This document shows positions 1-10,756 of a stretch of 64,000 nt of DNA, one piece after another (the first letter of the stretch is position 1; each line of letters starts with the position of its first letter). A program made the translations under genes and the position numbers. The notes beneath the pieces are model-generated. The model searched no databases. It saw nothing but the letters and a program-made list of their open reading frames with translations, and had not been told where the DNA came from. The stretch lies in NCBI GenBank assembly GCA_963713865.1, contig OY970208.1:1600001-1664000 (forward strand), given 5' to 3'. Source of the DNA: an uncultured candidate division Zixibacteria bacterium. Its GTDB lineage: Bacteria > Zixibacteria > MSB-5A5 > RBG-16-43-9.

Positions 1-297
1 ATAGGGGATGAGTATGGTATGGCACAAAGATATCGTAATCTGGGTAATGTTTATCAGCTTAAAGATGAATGGGACAAGGCAATAAAGTTTTATAATAAGA
101 GTTTAAAGATAGATGAAAAGATAGGGGATGAGCATGGGATAGCACAGACAAAAGTAAATATAGGGATTTTGTATAAAATACAGGGCAAGAAAAAGGAGGC
201 GAAGAAATTATTAGAGGAGAGTTTGAAAGTATTTGAGAAAATTGGTGATAGACCTACTGCGGAGATTGCGAGGAGTTATTTGGAGGATTTGAAATAA
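1..297 (+). CDS. Tetratricopeptide repeat protein, C-terminal part (5' truncated by the window)
   Basis: Frame is open from base 1 (IGDEYGMAQ...). 40-aa TPR units: ataggggatgag recurs at 1 and 121. Confidence 0.8.
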   Translation: MGDEYGMAQRYRNLGNVYQLKDEWDKAIKFYNKSLKIDEKIGDEHGIAQTKVNIGILYKIQGKKKEAKKLLEESLKVFEKIGDRPTAEIARSYLEDLK

Positions 298-447
298 AAT
301 TGTAGAGGCACGTTGCTACGTGTCCCTACGGTTCTAACGGGATTTTCCTGACTTTGGAGACGCATTCAATGCGTCTCTACGTAATTACATCAGGTCAGGG
401 TCGAACAAGCGAGGTTAAAAGCCTCGCACTACGAAAGAAATAAAATC

Positions 448-1467
448 ATGAATAACATCTTAGTCAAAGTATATCGAGGAGATACCGTTGAGAGCATCCA
501 CTGCGGCTCAGTGGCGGTGGTTGATTCTAAGGGTAAGCTGATCTATTCTTTTGGAGACCCTTATTTTGTTACCTATCTCCGCTCTTCTGCTAAGCCCTTT
601 CAAACTATTTCTTTGATAACTTCCGGTGCAGCAAAAGAGTTTGGATTGACCCGGAAAGAGATTGCCATAATCTCAGGCTCGCATAATGGTCAGAAGATTC
701 ATACGGATACGGTAAAAAGTATTCTCAAAAAGATAGGTCTTTCGGAGAAGAATCTACAATGCGGTGTTCATATTCCTCATTATTATACAGCAAATAATAT
801 CACTCCTCCACTGGGTAAAAGATTTACTCCGGTTCATCACAACTGCTCAGGAAAGCATTCCGGGATTTTAGCCCTGTGCGTTTATTTCGGATGGGATATA
901 AAAAGCTATTTAGATAAAAATCATCCTGCACAAAAGATGATTTTAAAGGCAATCTCTGAGATATGCCGGTATCCGAGGAAAAAGATTGGAATAGGAATAG
1001 ATGGATGCGGGGTGCCGGTTCACGCGATGCCTATTTATAATATGGCATTGGGATTTTCCAATCTTGTGAATTTCAACTCCAAAGATGATGAAACCGCTGA
1101 AGCTTATAAGTTGATAGTTGAATCCATGAAAAAATATCCGGAAATGGTATCAGGTGAAGGGAGATTGGATTTAAGCTTGGCTTTGGCTTCAAAAAATAAT
1201 ATATTAACCAAAGCCGGAGGGGAAGCTTTGAGCTGTTCCGGGATACTGGATAAGGGTTGGGGAATGACAGTTAAAATTGCGGATGGAACCCAGAGAGCGA
1301 TTGGCCCAGCAGTGATTGAGTCTCTTAAGCAGATGGGATTATTAAATGAAAAACAGATTGGTAAGATTAAAAAATTCTCCCATCCACTAATTAAAAATTT
1401 CAGAGGAGATCAGGTAGGATTTATACAGGCGGAGTTCAGGTTAAAAAAAGAGAGAAGGGATATGTAA
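448..1467 (+). CDS. L-asparaginase II family (Rhizobium-type, class 3) protein
   Basis: RSSAKPFQ, NCSGKH, DGCG and KIADG motifs. Confidence 0.85.
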   Translation: MNNILVKVYRGDTVESIHCGSVAVVDSKGKLIYSFGDPYFVTYLRSSAKPFQTISLITSGAAKEFGLTRKEIAIISGSHNGQKIHTDTVKSILKKIGLSEKNLQCGVHIPHYYTANNITPPLGKRFTPVHHNCSGKHSGILALCVYFGWDIKSYLDKNHPAQKMILKAISEICRYPRKKIGIGIDGCGVPVHAMPIYNMALGFSNLVNFNSKDDETAEAYKLIVESMKKYPEMVSGEGRLDLSLALASKNNILTKAGGEALSCSGILDKGWGMTVKIADGTQRAIGPAVIESLKQMGLLNEKQIGKIKKFSHPLIKNFRGDQVGFIQAEFRLKKERRDM

Positions 1468-1477
1468 GACGTTAAAA

Positions 1478-1538
1478 GTAGCGTCGGGCTTTATGCCTGA
1501 CGAAATAAAATGACGTCGGGGATTAACCCCGACGCTAC
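1478..1538. repeat. GTAG-REP family A (GTAGCGTCGGGCTTTATGCCCGACG)
   Basis: Identical 25-mers at 2250-2274 and 40263-40287; variants at 1478, 45140 and 45927. Confidence 0.85.
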
Positions 1539-1559
1539 AAAAACAAAAAAAATAATTAA

Positions 1560-1636
1560 GTGCTTGCCAGGTCCCCTGACCTGGCAAGGTTACCGTCGTC
1601 GGGTCAGTCCGCCTGAGGTGGACGACGGACACAGAA
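1560..1636 (+). repeat. Composite palindromic repeat D (GCTTGCCAGGTC..GACCTGGCAAG + CGTCGGGTCAGTCCGCCTGAGGTGGACGAC)
   Basis: Inverted near-copy at ~40474-40558 between selC and selD; partial copy at 45271-45299. Confidence 0.8.
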
Positions 1637-1666
1637 AACATAAAATAAATCTAACCCAAAATTATT

Positions 1667-2206
1667 ATGAAAAAAGAAATCCTAAGAATTTTACCGGAGA
1701 TCAGAAAGATTAAAAACAAGGAGCTCAGGGAAAAGGTTATTTTAACCTGGGAAGAGGGGATAAAAATTGGCGGGTGGAAGACAGAAGATCTGAAAAAGAT
1801 TCCTTTTACCCTGCTTATTCCGGATTGCAAAGTGAATTTGATAGAGCATACTCGTGCAGTTACCAATACTGCATTGAGAGTGGCAGAGACACTTTCCAGA
1901 GCTTATAAGAGTCTGGTTAAAATCGACAAAGATATACTGATCGCTGGCGGGATTCTGCATGATGTTGGGAAGGTCTTGGAATATGCTAAAACAGGTGGGA
2001 AGATTTTCAAAAGCCCTAAAGGTAAATTCTTAAGGCATCCTTTTTCCGGGTCAGCTTTAGCTTATAAGTATGGGGTTCCCGAGGAGGTCGTTCATCTGAT
2101 AGCAGTTCATTCTCACGAAGGGGATCAGGGTTATCGTTCAATCGAAGCTATTATCATCCATCATTCGGATTTTGTAAATTTTGAAGTCCTGGGAGGAAAA
2201 ACCTAG
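1667..2206 (+). CDS. HD-domain metal-dependent phosphohydrolase
   Basis: EHT...LHDVGK...RHP...HSH...SD pattern. Confidence 0.8.
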   Translation: MKKEILRILPEIRKIKNKELREKVILTWEEGIKIGGWKTEDLKKIPFTLLIPDCKVNLIEHTRAVTNTALRVAETLSRAYKSLVKIDKDILIAGGILHDVGKVLEYAKTGGKIFKSPKGKFLRHPFSGSALAYKYGVPEEVVHLIAVHSHEGDQGYRSIEAIIIHHSDFVNFEVLGGKT

Positions 2207-2386
2207 TTCAAAAGTTTAAAGGTTCAAAAGCTCAAAGGTTAAATGCAACGTAGCGTCGGGCTTTATGCCCGACGAAAAAATGCGGGAAATCCAATTTCAG
2301 TACAATCAAGTGATAGGAAATGGTTGCAAAAGCAAGGCTGAAGCCTTGCCCTACAATCTTAGGTGGGAAGGTTAAATAAGTAGGAT

Positions 2387-4228
2387 GTGAAACGTAAGAT
2401 GGAAGAAGGGAAAAGTAAGAATCTTCTACCTATCCTGATTTTTATTTTAGCCTTCGGGATAAGATTTGTCTACCTTTTGGGAATAAAAAGGCTTCCTCTT
2501 TTTGAATTCCCCCTCGCAGATGCACTTTATAATTTAGACTGGGCAAAAGAGATCGTTTCAGGCAGCCTGTGGGCAAAAGCTCCTTTTTTTAGAGCTCCAC
2601 TTTATCCTTTCTTCTTATCTTTACTGATAAAAATCTTTGGGAAAGACCTTTTTGTTTTAAGGATTATTCAGATTTTCATAGGCTCTTTAAGTTGTGTTTT
2701 GATTTATCTATTAGCCTGGAGGTTGTTTAACTCAAAAGTTGCCATTCTTTCAGCCATCTTTGCTTGCTTTTATGCACCCTTGATATTTTTTGACGTAGAG
2801 TTTCTAGATACTTTCTTTATAATCTTTTTTGGTCTTCTTTCTGTTTACATCTTGATTTGTGCTCAGAAAAGACCTTCAATTTACAGATTCTTCCTGGGTG
2901 GTATTTTTATCGGTATTTCTGCCATAGCTCGTCCCAATATCCTTCTTTTTGCAGTTTTTATCCCTTTCTGGGTCTTTTTTTATTTCCGGAAAAATTTAAA
3001 TCTAAAGAAGATATTTAGCTTCATACTCTTTTTCATCCTAGGTCTTTTTTTGATCGTTTTACCGGCGATTTTAGTTAACTATTTTGCAGGCAAGGATTTT
3101 GTTTTAATTGCCTGGCAGGGGGGGATAAATTTTTATCTGGGTAATAATATCAATGCCTCTGGCTATAAGGCAGTTGCCTCTGGTATAAGGACGACCTGGT
3201 ATGGCATTTATTACGACAGTGTCAATCTGGCTGATAAAGTTTCTGGAAGAACGCTTAAATTCTCAGAGACCTCTGATTTCTGGTTTAAGCAGGGGTATCA
3301 TTTTATTTTGACGCAGCCTTTATTTGCATTAAAACTTTATTTGAAAAAGATTGCCCTTTTTTTGAGTGGATATGAGATTTCGGAGAATCCGAATATCTAT
3401 TTTTTCTGGTCACATCCCCAAAACATTCTCAAACCTTTACTCTGGAGAAAACTCATCTCGTTTCCCAGCGGGATACTTCTGCCTTTAGCCTGGCTGGGGA
3501 TTTTCTTAGCCTTTAGAGAGTGGAAAAGGTTATCTTTAATCCTGGGATTTATCTTTACCAATATGTTCTCGGTGATACTATTCTTTGTGAATACCAGATT
3601 TCGTATACCGGTAATTCCATTTCTTCTGATCTTCTCAGCTTTTGCTATTTTCAAGATAATCGAGAGCGAGAAAGTCAGGACAAAACTCTTATTGATATTT
3701 TTTAGTGTCATACTAATCATTTTGGCAAATATCGACCTGACCAGGCAGATGGATCCGGTTTATGAGGCGCAATTTCATTATATCTTAGGGAATGCCTATC
3801 TGAAAGAGAAGTCTTTTCAAAATGCAGAAGATGAGTTCACTCAGGCTATCCAGATCTCGGAAGAGCAGGCACGGGCTTTTACCGGACTGGGTGTGATTCG
3901 ATATGTCCAGGGGGATTACGTTCAGGCGGAAAGTTTGTTAAATAAAGCTCTACGGGTTGATTCAACTGAAGTCTATGCCTATCGCTATTTAGGTGATATC
4001 TATGCTAAGAAAAGAGAATATTCAAAAGCCTTACAGGAATATCAAATGGCTTTGGCTTTAAATCCTGAATATGGAGAGGCATATTTTGGGGCTGGTTATG
4101 TTTATGCAAATTTTGGGGATTTAAAAAAAGCTATTGAAATGTGGGAGAAAAGTTTAGTATATTCTCCTGATTTGCCTGGAACCAGGAAGAACCTGGAAAG
4201 AGCAAGAAGGCTGTTACAAAAACAGTGA
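2387..4228 (+). CDS. GT-C (family 39/PMT-like) membrane glycosyltransferase with C-terminal TPRs
   Basis: Multi-TM N-terminus with FFRAPLYP, ARPN and RFRIP motifs; TPR tail. Start could be ATG 2399. Confidence 0.75.
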   Translation: MKRKMEEGKSKNLLPILIFILAFGIRFVYLLGIKRLPLFEFPLADALYNLDWAKEIVSGSLWAKAPFFRAPLYPFFLSLLIKIFGKDLFVLRIIQIFIGSLSCVLIYLLAWRLFNSKVAILSAIFACFYAPLIFFDVEFLDTFFIIFFGLLSVYILICAQKRPSIYRFFLGGIFIGISAIARPNILLFAVFIPFWVFFYFRKNLNLKKIFSFILFFILGLFLIVLPAILVNYFAGKDFVLIAWQGGINFYLGNNINASGYKAVASGIRTTWYGIYYDSVNLADKVSGRTLKFSETSDFWFKQGYHFILTQPLFALKLYLKKIALFLSGYEISENPNIYFFWSHPQNILKPLLWRKLISFPSGILLPLAWLGIFLAFREWKRLSLILGFIFTNMFSVILFFVNTRFRIPVIPFLLIFSAFAIFKIIESEKVRTKLLLIFFSVILIILANIDLTRQMDPVYEAQFHYILGNAYLKEKSFQNAEDEFTQAIQISEEQARAFTGLGVIRYVQGDYVQAESLLNKALRVDSTEVYAYRYLGDIYAKKREYSKALQEYQMALALNPEYGEAYFGAGYVYANFGDLKKAIEMWEKSLVYSPDLPGTRKNLERARRLLQKQ

Positions 4229-4252
4229 GACGTAAGAAGTAAGACGGGAGAC
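4225..4252 (+). repeat. Heptamer tandem repeat GTRAGAH
   Basis: Also at 5673-5700, 7258-7285 and 8695-8729; reverse-complemented at 46045-46065 and 48322-48342. Confidence 0.85.
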
Positions 4253-4330
4253 GATCAAAAGCAGGTAGCTTGTAGCAAAAATCGAATAGCAAATAGCGAA
4301 TACCTAAACCCATAATTACAGGAGGAACTG

Positions 4331-5632
4331 ATGAGTTCAAAGAGAAGACAGATTTTACTGACCACGGATGAGATGCCTAAAAGATGGTATAATATTCAAC
4401 CTGATCTTCCAGAGCCTTTGCCGCCGCCCAAGGATCCGGAAAATGGTGAGTCGCGCATAAAAACGCTGCCGGATATACTCTTAGCGGAGTGCTTGAAACA
4501 GGAGTTCTCACAGGAAAGATGGATCGATATACCGGACGAGCTTTTGAGCATTTATCAGCAGGCGGGAAGACCCAAACCTTTGTTCAGAGCATTGAATTTA
4601 GAGAAAAGATTGGGTACTCCTGCCAGGATGTATTATAAAAGCGAATTTTATTCACCTACCGGAAGCCATAAGGTCAACACTGCCTTAGCGCAAGCTTTTT
4701 ATGCAAGGGAACAAGGGTTTGAAAGGTTGACTACTGAGACTGGAGCGGGTCAATGGGGAACTGCTTTAGCTTATGCCGCCAGTTTATCTAACCTGAAATG
4801 CACTGTTTATTGGGTCAGAGCAGTGCATGACTGGAAAAACGACCGCAGGGGGTTTATGCAGTTATTCGGAGCAGAGGTTTATGCTTCGCCCAGCAGTAAA
4901 ACTGAAATGGGAAGAAAGCTCTGGGAGAAAGACCATAATCATCCCGGTTCTTTGGGAATTGCCATATCTGAAGGTATGGAGGATGCCAGGAAAGATAAAA
5001 AGGCGATCTATTGTCTGGGTTCGGTTTTAAATCACGTATTAATGCATCAAACCATTATTGGTCTGGAAACCCAGGCTCAATTTGAGAAGATCGGAGAATA
5101 TCCGAATCTGGTTATTTCCTGTTTAGGCGGGGGCAGTAATTTCGGTGGGTTTGCATTGCCCTTTGTGAGTGATGTTCTGACCAAGGGCAAGAAGATAAAA
5201 TTCATTGCGGCTCAAAGCCAGTCTGCCCCCAATTTACAGGGTGAATATAAATATGATTTCGCAGACCACGGGGAATTGACGCCACTTTTGAAAATGTACA
5301 CGCTCGGTCACCTGACGAATATGGCTCCGATCAAGGGGGATGGTTTAAGATACCACGGCTGTTCCCCGATTATCAGTCTGCTCCGGGACAAAGGATATAT
5401 CGATACTATCGCCTATCCCCAGGATGAAAAATACGTTTTTGAAAAAGCCAGGATTTTCATCCGGGCAGAAGGGTTTTTACCTGCACCAGAATCAGCTTAC
5501 AGTGTCGCCTGTGCTATAGATGAGGCTATGAAATGCAAGAAGACTGGTGAAGAAAAGGTTATCGCTTTCAATATCAGTGGACACGGGTTTATGGATATTC
5601 CGGGGTATAGAGAAGTTCTAAATTTAAAATAA
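4331..5632 (+). CDS. trpB2: TrpB-like PLP-dependent enzyme (TrpB2), stand-alone
   Basis: SPTGSHKVN, TETGAGQWG, GGGSNF, APES and SGHG motifs. Confidence 0.9.
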   Translation: MSSKRRQILLTTDEMPKRWYNIQPDLPEPLPPPKDPENGESRIKTLPDILLAECLKQEFSQERWIDIPDELLSIYQQAGRPKPLFRALNLEKRLGTPARMYYKSEFYSPTGSHKVNTALAQAFYAREQGFERLTTETGAGQWGTALAYAASLSNLKCTVYWVRAVHDWKNDRRGFMQLFGAEVYASPSSKTEMGRKLWEKDHNHPGSLGIAISEGMEDARKDKKAIYCLGSVLNHVLMHQTIIGLETQAQFEKIGEYPNLVISCLGGGSNFGGFALPFVSDVLTKGKKIKFIAAQSQSAPNLQGEYKYDFADHGELTPLLKMYTLGHLTNMAPIKGDGLRYHGCSPIISLLRDKGYIDTIAYPQDEKYVFEKARIFIRAEGFLPAPESAYSVACAIDEAMKCKKTGEEKVIAFNISGHGFMDIPGYREVLNLK

Positions 5633-5800
5633 GGTTTAAAGGTTCAATGGTTCAAAAGTTCAAAGGGTTAAAGTAAGAAGTGAGAAGTAAGATGTAAGAT
5701 GAAAAAAAGCGTAACGTCTCTACGAGTCGTAAAGCTTTTATCGACCGACAGTTCTATCCTAATTACGGATCCGTAGGATCGGACGTTACGAATTTAAAAT

Positions 5801-5876
5801 GTAGCGGAGGTCTTTAGACCTCCATATAAAGATATATGGAAGGCTGAAATCTCAAGACCTTGAGACCTTCCGCTAC
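5801..5876. repeat. GTAG-REP doublet family B (GTAGCGGAGGTC..GACCTCC...CTTCCGCTAC)
   Basis: Copies at 5801-5876, 9485-9579, 21318-21341 (half), 30062-30159 and 59253-59295 (inverted half). Confidence 0.85.
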
Positions 5877-5978
5877 AAAACAATGATAAAATACGATAAA
5901 GGTAATTTAAAAGAGGTCAAGGGATTAAGGGTTGTAGTTTGAAGGATAAGTTTAAAGGAGTAAACGTTCAAAATATCA

Positions 5979-7229
5979 ATGGGGAATAAGATGGTCAAAA
6001 AAATAATTTTAGTAATTTTAACTGGTTTATTGTTACTTAATATCTACCAGGGATTAGTTCTGGCTCAAGAGAAGGTGGATATCACAACTCAATCTCAAAT
6101 CCAGGATGAACAGCAGAAAAAAGAAAGGTTAGACCAGGCCATAAAATATCAGAAAGCTAAGAATATTCACTTTTTCTTAGATCAGGGTTATACGATTATT
6201 TTTCTAATCTTATTTCTTTTCTTGGGATTATCAGCTTTCTTAAGACGCCAGATTGAAAAATTGACTAAAAAAAGGTTCTGGTTAGTTTTTTTCTATGCTC
6301 TGATTTTCATCATCTTAGCCTTTATCGTGGGTTTGCCCTCAAGCTATTATGGTTTTCAGCTAGAGCAAAAATACCAGCTTTCCAATCAGAATTTCTCCCA
6401 GTGGTTCGGGGAACAATTGAAAGGACTCCTGGTTTTGTTCATTATAGGGGTGATTGCGATTGAGGGGATATATTTAGCTTTAAAGAAAGCTCCCAGGAGC
6501 TGGTGGATTTACGTTTCCATCGTGTTTGTTTTCTTCACGGTTATTCTGATAAATTTAGCTCCGATTCTAATTATGCCACTTTTCAATGTCTACACACCTC
6601 TACCTCAGGGAGAGATTAGAGATAAATTGATTGCTCTTTCAGAGAAAGCTGGCGTCAGGATTGAGAATATCTACCAGATGGATATGAGCAAGCAGACCAA
6701 AAAGGCGAATGCCATGTTCACCGGGATTGGGAATACTAAAAGGATTGTTTTAGGAGATAATCTTGTCAAGGAATATACTCCAGATGAGATCGAGGTAGTG
6801 ATTGCGCATGAAATGGGGCATAATATATTGCATCATATCTGGAAATTGATTGCCTTTATGTCTTTTATCTCTGCAATTGGATTTTTGATTATTCATTTAA
6901 CAATGGGGAGGATTATCGATAGATATAGAGCCCGACTTAAAATCGAGGGGATGGCAGATATTGCGAGTTTGCCTTTGTTTATGCTGATATTTGTCGTATT
7001 TAGTCTGATAACTTTGCCAGTTTCTCCTACCTATTCACGTTATTTAGAACGTCAAGCAGATAAATTCGCTCTGGATTTAACTGGTAAACCGGATGCTTTT
7101 ATTACAGCGATGGATAAGCTGGCTTATCAAAATCTTTCGGACCCGAATCCAAGTCCGGTAATTGAATTTTTACTGTATGACCATCCACCTTCTTCTAAAA
7201 GGATTAAGTTTGCGGAGACGTATAAATAA
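5979..7229 (+). CDS. M48 family (Ste24-like) membrane zinc metalloprotease
   Basis: NAMFTG, AHEMGH, ERQADKFA and HPP motifs. Confidence 0.9.
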   Translation: MGNKMVKKIILVILTGLLLLNIYQGLVLAQEKVDITTQSQIQDEQQKKERLDQAIKYQKAKNIHFFLDQGYTIIFLILFLFLGLSAFLRRQIEKLTKKRFWLVFFYALIFIILAFIVGLPSSYYGFQLEQKYQLSNQNFSQWFGEQLKGLLVLFIIGVIAIEGIYLALKKAPRSWWIYVSIVFVFFTVILINLAPILIMPLFNVYTPLPQGEIRDKLIALSEKAGVRIENIYQMDMSKQTKKANAMFTGIGNTKRIVLGDNLVKEYTPDEIEVVIAHEMGHNILHHIWKLIAFMSFISAIGFLIIHLTMGRIIDRYRARLKIEGMADIASLPLFMLIFVVFSLITLPVSPTYSRYLERQADKFALDLTGKPDAFITAMDKLAYQNLSDPNPSPVIEFLLYDHPPSSKRIKFAETYK

Positions 7230-7381
7230 TAAAATAAAAAGTTCAAAGGGAAAAAAAGTAAGAAGTGAGACGTAAGACGTGAGATGAAAATCATAGGGCG
7301 ACCCTTTCGGGGTCGCAATGCGAGGCTAAAAGCTTCGCACTACGAACTATATTGGGATTCCGCACGAACGGAGAGAAATAT

Positions 7382-8644
7382 ATGCCAGGCAAAACCATAA
7401 TTGAAAAGATATTATCCAGAGCTTCGGGCAAGGATGTTCAAACGAATGACCGGATCTGGTCAGAGGTGGATTTGGCGGTGGTGCGGGATTTTGGTGGCCC
7501 AAATGTGGTCTTAGAATTTGATGAGTTCACCAATAAGGGGAAGGTGAAAGACCCGGATAAGATAGCTATGACCTTTGATTACCAGGCACCGGCTAAGGAT
7601 TTGAAAGTTGCCCAGAATCAGGCTTTGTGCCGGGATTTTGCTAAAAGGCAGGGGATTAAAAATCTTTTTGATGTGAACTGGGGGATCGGCCAGCATGTTC
7701 TATTAGAGCAGGGTATGATTAAGCCTGGCTCAGTTATTGTGGGAACTGATAGCCATATGAATCTTTTAGGCGCAGTAGGTTCTTTTTCATCAGGTGTTGG
7801 CACGACTGATGTTGTGGCTACCTGGTATTCGGGAAAGCTCTGGTTCAGGGTACCGGAAACGATTAAGGTAATCTTTAAAGGAAGATACAAAGAGCCAACT
7901 TCAGCTAAAGATTTAACTTTGAAATTTGTGAAAACCATCGGGATGGATAAGCCGAATTATAAATCTTTAGAGTTTACTGGTGAACCGATAGAGAATCTTT
8001 CCTTAGCAGGGAGATTAACTTTAGGGAGTATGGTGACTGAGGTTAATGGGAAAGTCTGCTTTATCGAACCTTCAGGCGAAACTCTTTTATTCTTAAAGCA
8101 AAGGATAAAAGATAGATTTGATATGGTTAAAAGTGACAAAGATGCAAAATACTTAGAAGAAGTTGAGGTTGATGTAGAAAACTTAATTTCGCAGATTGCC
8201 TGTCCTCATTCTCCGGATAATGTCGTGCCAGTTGAAGAAATTGAAGGGAAACCTTTTAATGAAGGTTTTATCGGCTCCTGTACTAATGGCAGATTTGAGG
8301 ATTTTGAAGCTGCAGCAAAAATTTTAAAAAAGGCAGGGAAGATTCATCCGGAGGTAAGATTGGTTATAGTTCCAGCTACCAGAGAAGTTGCCAGGGAGAT
8401 GTTGAAATCAGGTTTTTATGAGGTTTTTATGGAGGTGGGAGCAATGATTGCCAATCCGGGTTGCAGTCTGTGCACAGCCGGGCATCATGGGGTGTTGGGA
8501 AAAGGGGATGTATTACTTTCAACATCCAATAGGAATTTCTTAGGTAAATTAGGGAAAGGGGCTGAGGTTTATCTATGCAGTCCGGCAACAGTTGCGGCAT
8601 CAGCAATAAATGGAAAAATTACTGACCCGAGAAATTACTGGTAA
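7382..8644 (+). CDS. leuC: Aconitase-family 3-isopropylmalate dehydratase/homoaconitase large subunit
   Basis: GTDSH, IGSCTNGR, PGCSLC and STSNRNF motifs. ATG 7382 follows GGAGAG. Substrate specificity is uncertain. Confidence 0.8.
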   Translation: MPGKTIIEKILSRASGKDVQTNDRIWSEVDLAVVRDFGGPNVVLEFDEFTNKGKVKDPDKIAMTFDYQAPAKDLKVAQNQALCRDFAKRQGIKNLFDVNWGIGQHVLLEQGMIKPGSVIVGTDSHMNLLGAVGSFSSGVGTTDVVATWYSGKLWFRVPETIKVIFKGRYKEPTSAKDLTLKFVKTIGMDKPNYKSLEFTGEPIENLSLAGRLTLGSMVTEVNGKVCFIEPSGETLLFLKQRIKDRFDMVKSDKDAKYLEEVEVDVENLISQIACPHSPDNVVPVEEIEGKPFNEGFIGSCTNGRFEDFEAAAKILKKAGKIHPEVRLVIVPATREVAREMLKSGFYEVFMEVGAMIANPGCSLCTAGHHGVLGKGDVLLSTSNRNFLGKLGKGAEVYLCSPATVAASAINGKITDPRNYW

Positions 8645-8795
8645 AACGGAATGGTTCAACGGTTTAATCGTTTAAAAGTTCAAAGGAGAAAAAAGTAAGA
8701 AGTAAGAAGTAAAACGTGAGACGTGAGACGAAAATCGTAAAGCGACCCTTTTAGGGCCACCTAAGCCCTACGGGCACTACGAAAAAGAAAAAAAC

Positions 8796-9473
8796 ATGAA
8801 AGGAACATTAGTTAATACTGCGACTGTGATCATTGGCAGTCTAATCGGTCTGGCTGTTGGGAGCAGGTTCACGGAAAAGATTAAAACGATTGTCCTGCAG
8901 GCTCTGGGTCTGTGTACTTTTTTAATTGGGATTAAGATGGCTTTTAAAACAGATAATATATTATTGGTTATTTGCAGCTTAGCCCTAGGTGGGATAACGG
9001 GTGAGCTTTTAAAAATCGAAGATGGTCTGGAGAAAATCGGAGAAATTATAAAAAGCAAAGTTAAATCTGGGTCTGGAACTTTTGTCTTAGGTTTTGTAAC
9101 TGCCAGTCTGGTTTTCTGCGTGGGACCTATGACCATTGTAGGCTCAATCCAGGATGGAATCTCCGGTAATGCTGACACCCTGTATGCCAAGTCTATGCTG
9201 GATGGTTTTGCTTCGATCGCTTTTGCTTCGAGTTTAGGTGTGGGTGTGTTTTTTTCTTTCTTAACTGTATTAATATTTCAAGGGGCCTTAACCATTCTGG
9301 GAAGTCAATTGACATTTTTAGTTGAGCCTTCCATATTAAATGAATTGACTGCTACTGGTGGATTGATGATTTTGGGAATCGGGTTTTATCTGTTGGATAT
9401 AAAAAGAATCAAAGTAGGTAATTTTCTTCCAGCTTTAGTTTTTGTGGTGATCTTAGCTTTAATTTTTAAGTAG
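8796..9473 (+). CDS. DUF554 family membrane protein
   Basis: MKGTLVN start; FCVGPMTIVGS, KSMLDG and NFLPAL motifs. Confidence 0.85.
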   Translation: MKGTLVNTATVIIGSLIGLAVGSRFTEKIKTIVLQALGLCTFLIGIKMAFKTDNILLVICSLALGGITGELLKIEDGLEKIGEIIKSKVKSGSGTFVLGFVTASLVFCVGPMTIVGSIQDGISGNADTLYAKSMLDGFASIAFASSLGVGVFFSFLTVLIFQGALTILGSQLTFLVEPSILNELTATGGLMILGIGFYLLDIKRIKVGNFLPALVFVVILALIFK

Positions 9474-9667
9474 TTCTTTAAAACGTAGCGGAGGTCTCTA
9501 AACCTCCATAGATTGAGACAATGATTCAGAGAAAGCTATGGAAGGCTGAAGTCTCAAGACCTTGACGGTCTTCCGCTACAAAAAACAAAACTCTTTTACA
9601 TTAATGATAGAGTATTTTTATCCGATGTAAAAGTTAGATAAACCCAGGAAAACAAGAGAGGTGAAAT

Positions 9668-10756
9668 ATGGCAGTAACAGCTGAAGTTAAGCTTTTAGAT
9701 TTAAGGCCGGATTATATCAAGGAGAAATTAGGGAGTAAGAGCAAAGCCTGTTTACTTAATTCGCATGATATTTTCAATGCAATCAAAGATGAAAAGGTCA
9801 TCGTGATGGCGTGTAATACCAGGATAAAGCATGTAATTCCGGGCATAATGAGAGCGGCTGAGAAGTTAGATTCGATAGTGGCATTCGAACTGGCAAAATC
9901 TGAAGGAAACTTAGATGGCGGATATACCGGGATGACCCCTGAGATCTTTTTCGATACGGTAATCGGATATGCGGAGAAGGCTGGTTTTTCAAAACCATTT
10001 TTCATTCATGGTGACCATATCACTACTAAAAATACCTCTAAGGAAGAGATCGAATCCTCCAAAAAGCTTATTGCAGCAGAATTGAAAGCTGGTTATACTT
10101 CCTTTGCTATCGATTCCTCCTTTAACGAGTTAGAAGATAATATCTGGATAACATCTGAACTTGCTAAGCCGATTGTAGAATCAGGTCTGGGTTTAGAAGT
10201 TGAGGTAGGCGAGGTAAAATCTGCCGGGCAGGAAGCGGTGATTACTACAGTGGGAGAAGCAGCAACCTTTATAAATGGACTCTCGAAAAATAATATCAAA
10301 CCGGATCTTTTAGCTATCAATAATGGCTCCAAGCATGGAAATTATTTAGAAGGAGAGAAGGTTTTCATTGATCTGAGCAGGACCAAAGAAATTTATGAAG
10401 TGATAAAAGATAATGGAGCCTGCATTGCCCAGCACGGGATCACCGGCACTCCTTTGCATTTAGTTGGTAAATTTGCAGATTGTGGTATTCGCAAGGGGAA
10501 TGTAGGGACTGAATGGCAGAATATCGCTCATAAAGGTCTGCCAAAGGATTTAATGGAGCAGATGAAAAACTGGTCTAAGGATAATAAGAAAGATATAAAG
10601 TTCGCTACCAAAGTTTTCATAAAAGAGATAAATTCTATTCCGGAAAAGAACCAGAACGCTATTGAGGAAAAGGCATACCAGGAAGCCTGTGAGTTTATTC
10701 ACGCCTTTAGAGCAGAGAAGTTAGCTTCCAAGTTAAAGGATAGGCTATTCAAGTAA
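9668..10756 (+). CDS. fba: Class II fructose-bisphosphate aldolase family protein
   Basis: HGDH, EVEVG, GSKHG, HGITG and KGNVGT motifs. Confidence 0.8.
   Translation: MAVTAEVKLLDLRPDYIKEKLGSKSKACLLNSHDIFNAIKDEKVIVMACNTRIKHVIPGIMRAAEKLDSIVAFELAKSEGNLDGGYTGMTPEIFFDTVIGYAEKAGFSKPFFIHGDHITTKNTSKEEIESSKKLIAAELKAGYTSFAIDSSFNELEDNIWITSELAKPIVESGLGLEVEVGEVKSAGQEAVITTVGEAATFINGLSKNNIKPDLLAINNGSKHGNYLEGEKVFIDLSRTKEIYEVIKDNGACIAQHGITGTPLHLVGKFADCGIRKGNVGTEWQNIAHKGLPKDLMEQMKNWSKDNKKDIKFATKVFIKEINSIPEKNQNAIEEKAYQEACEFIHAFRAEKLASKLKDRLFK

Noticed and set aside
1510-1713. 67-aa ORF, and the similar 40340-40588 minus-strand ORF sharing LTWQ..RRVSPPEVDD
   Set aside because: The similarity comes from translating repeat D; there is no evidence of coding.
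5633-5880. Possible CRISPR array among the clustered repeats
   Set aside because: No constant 25-45 nt repeat with regular unique spacers, and no cas genes.
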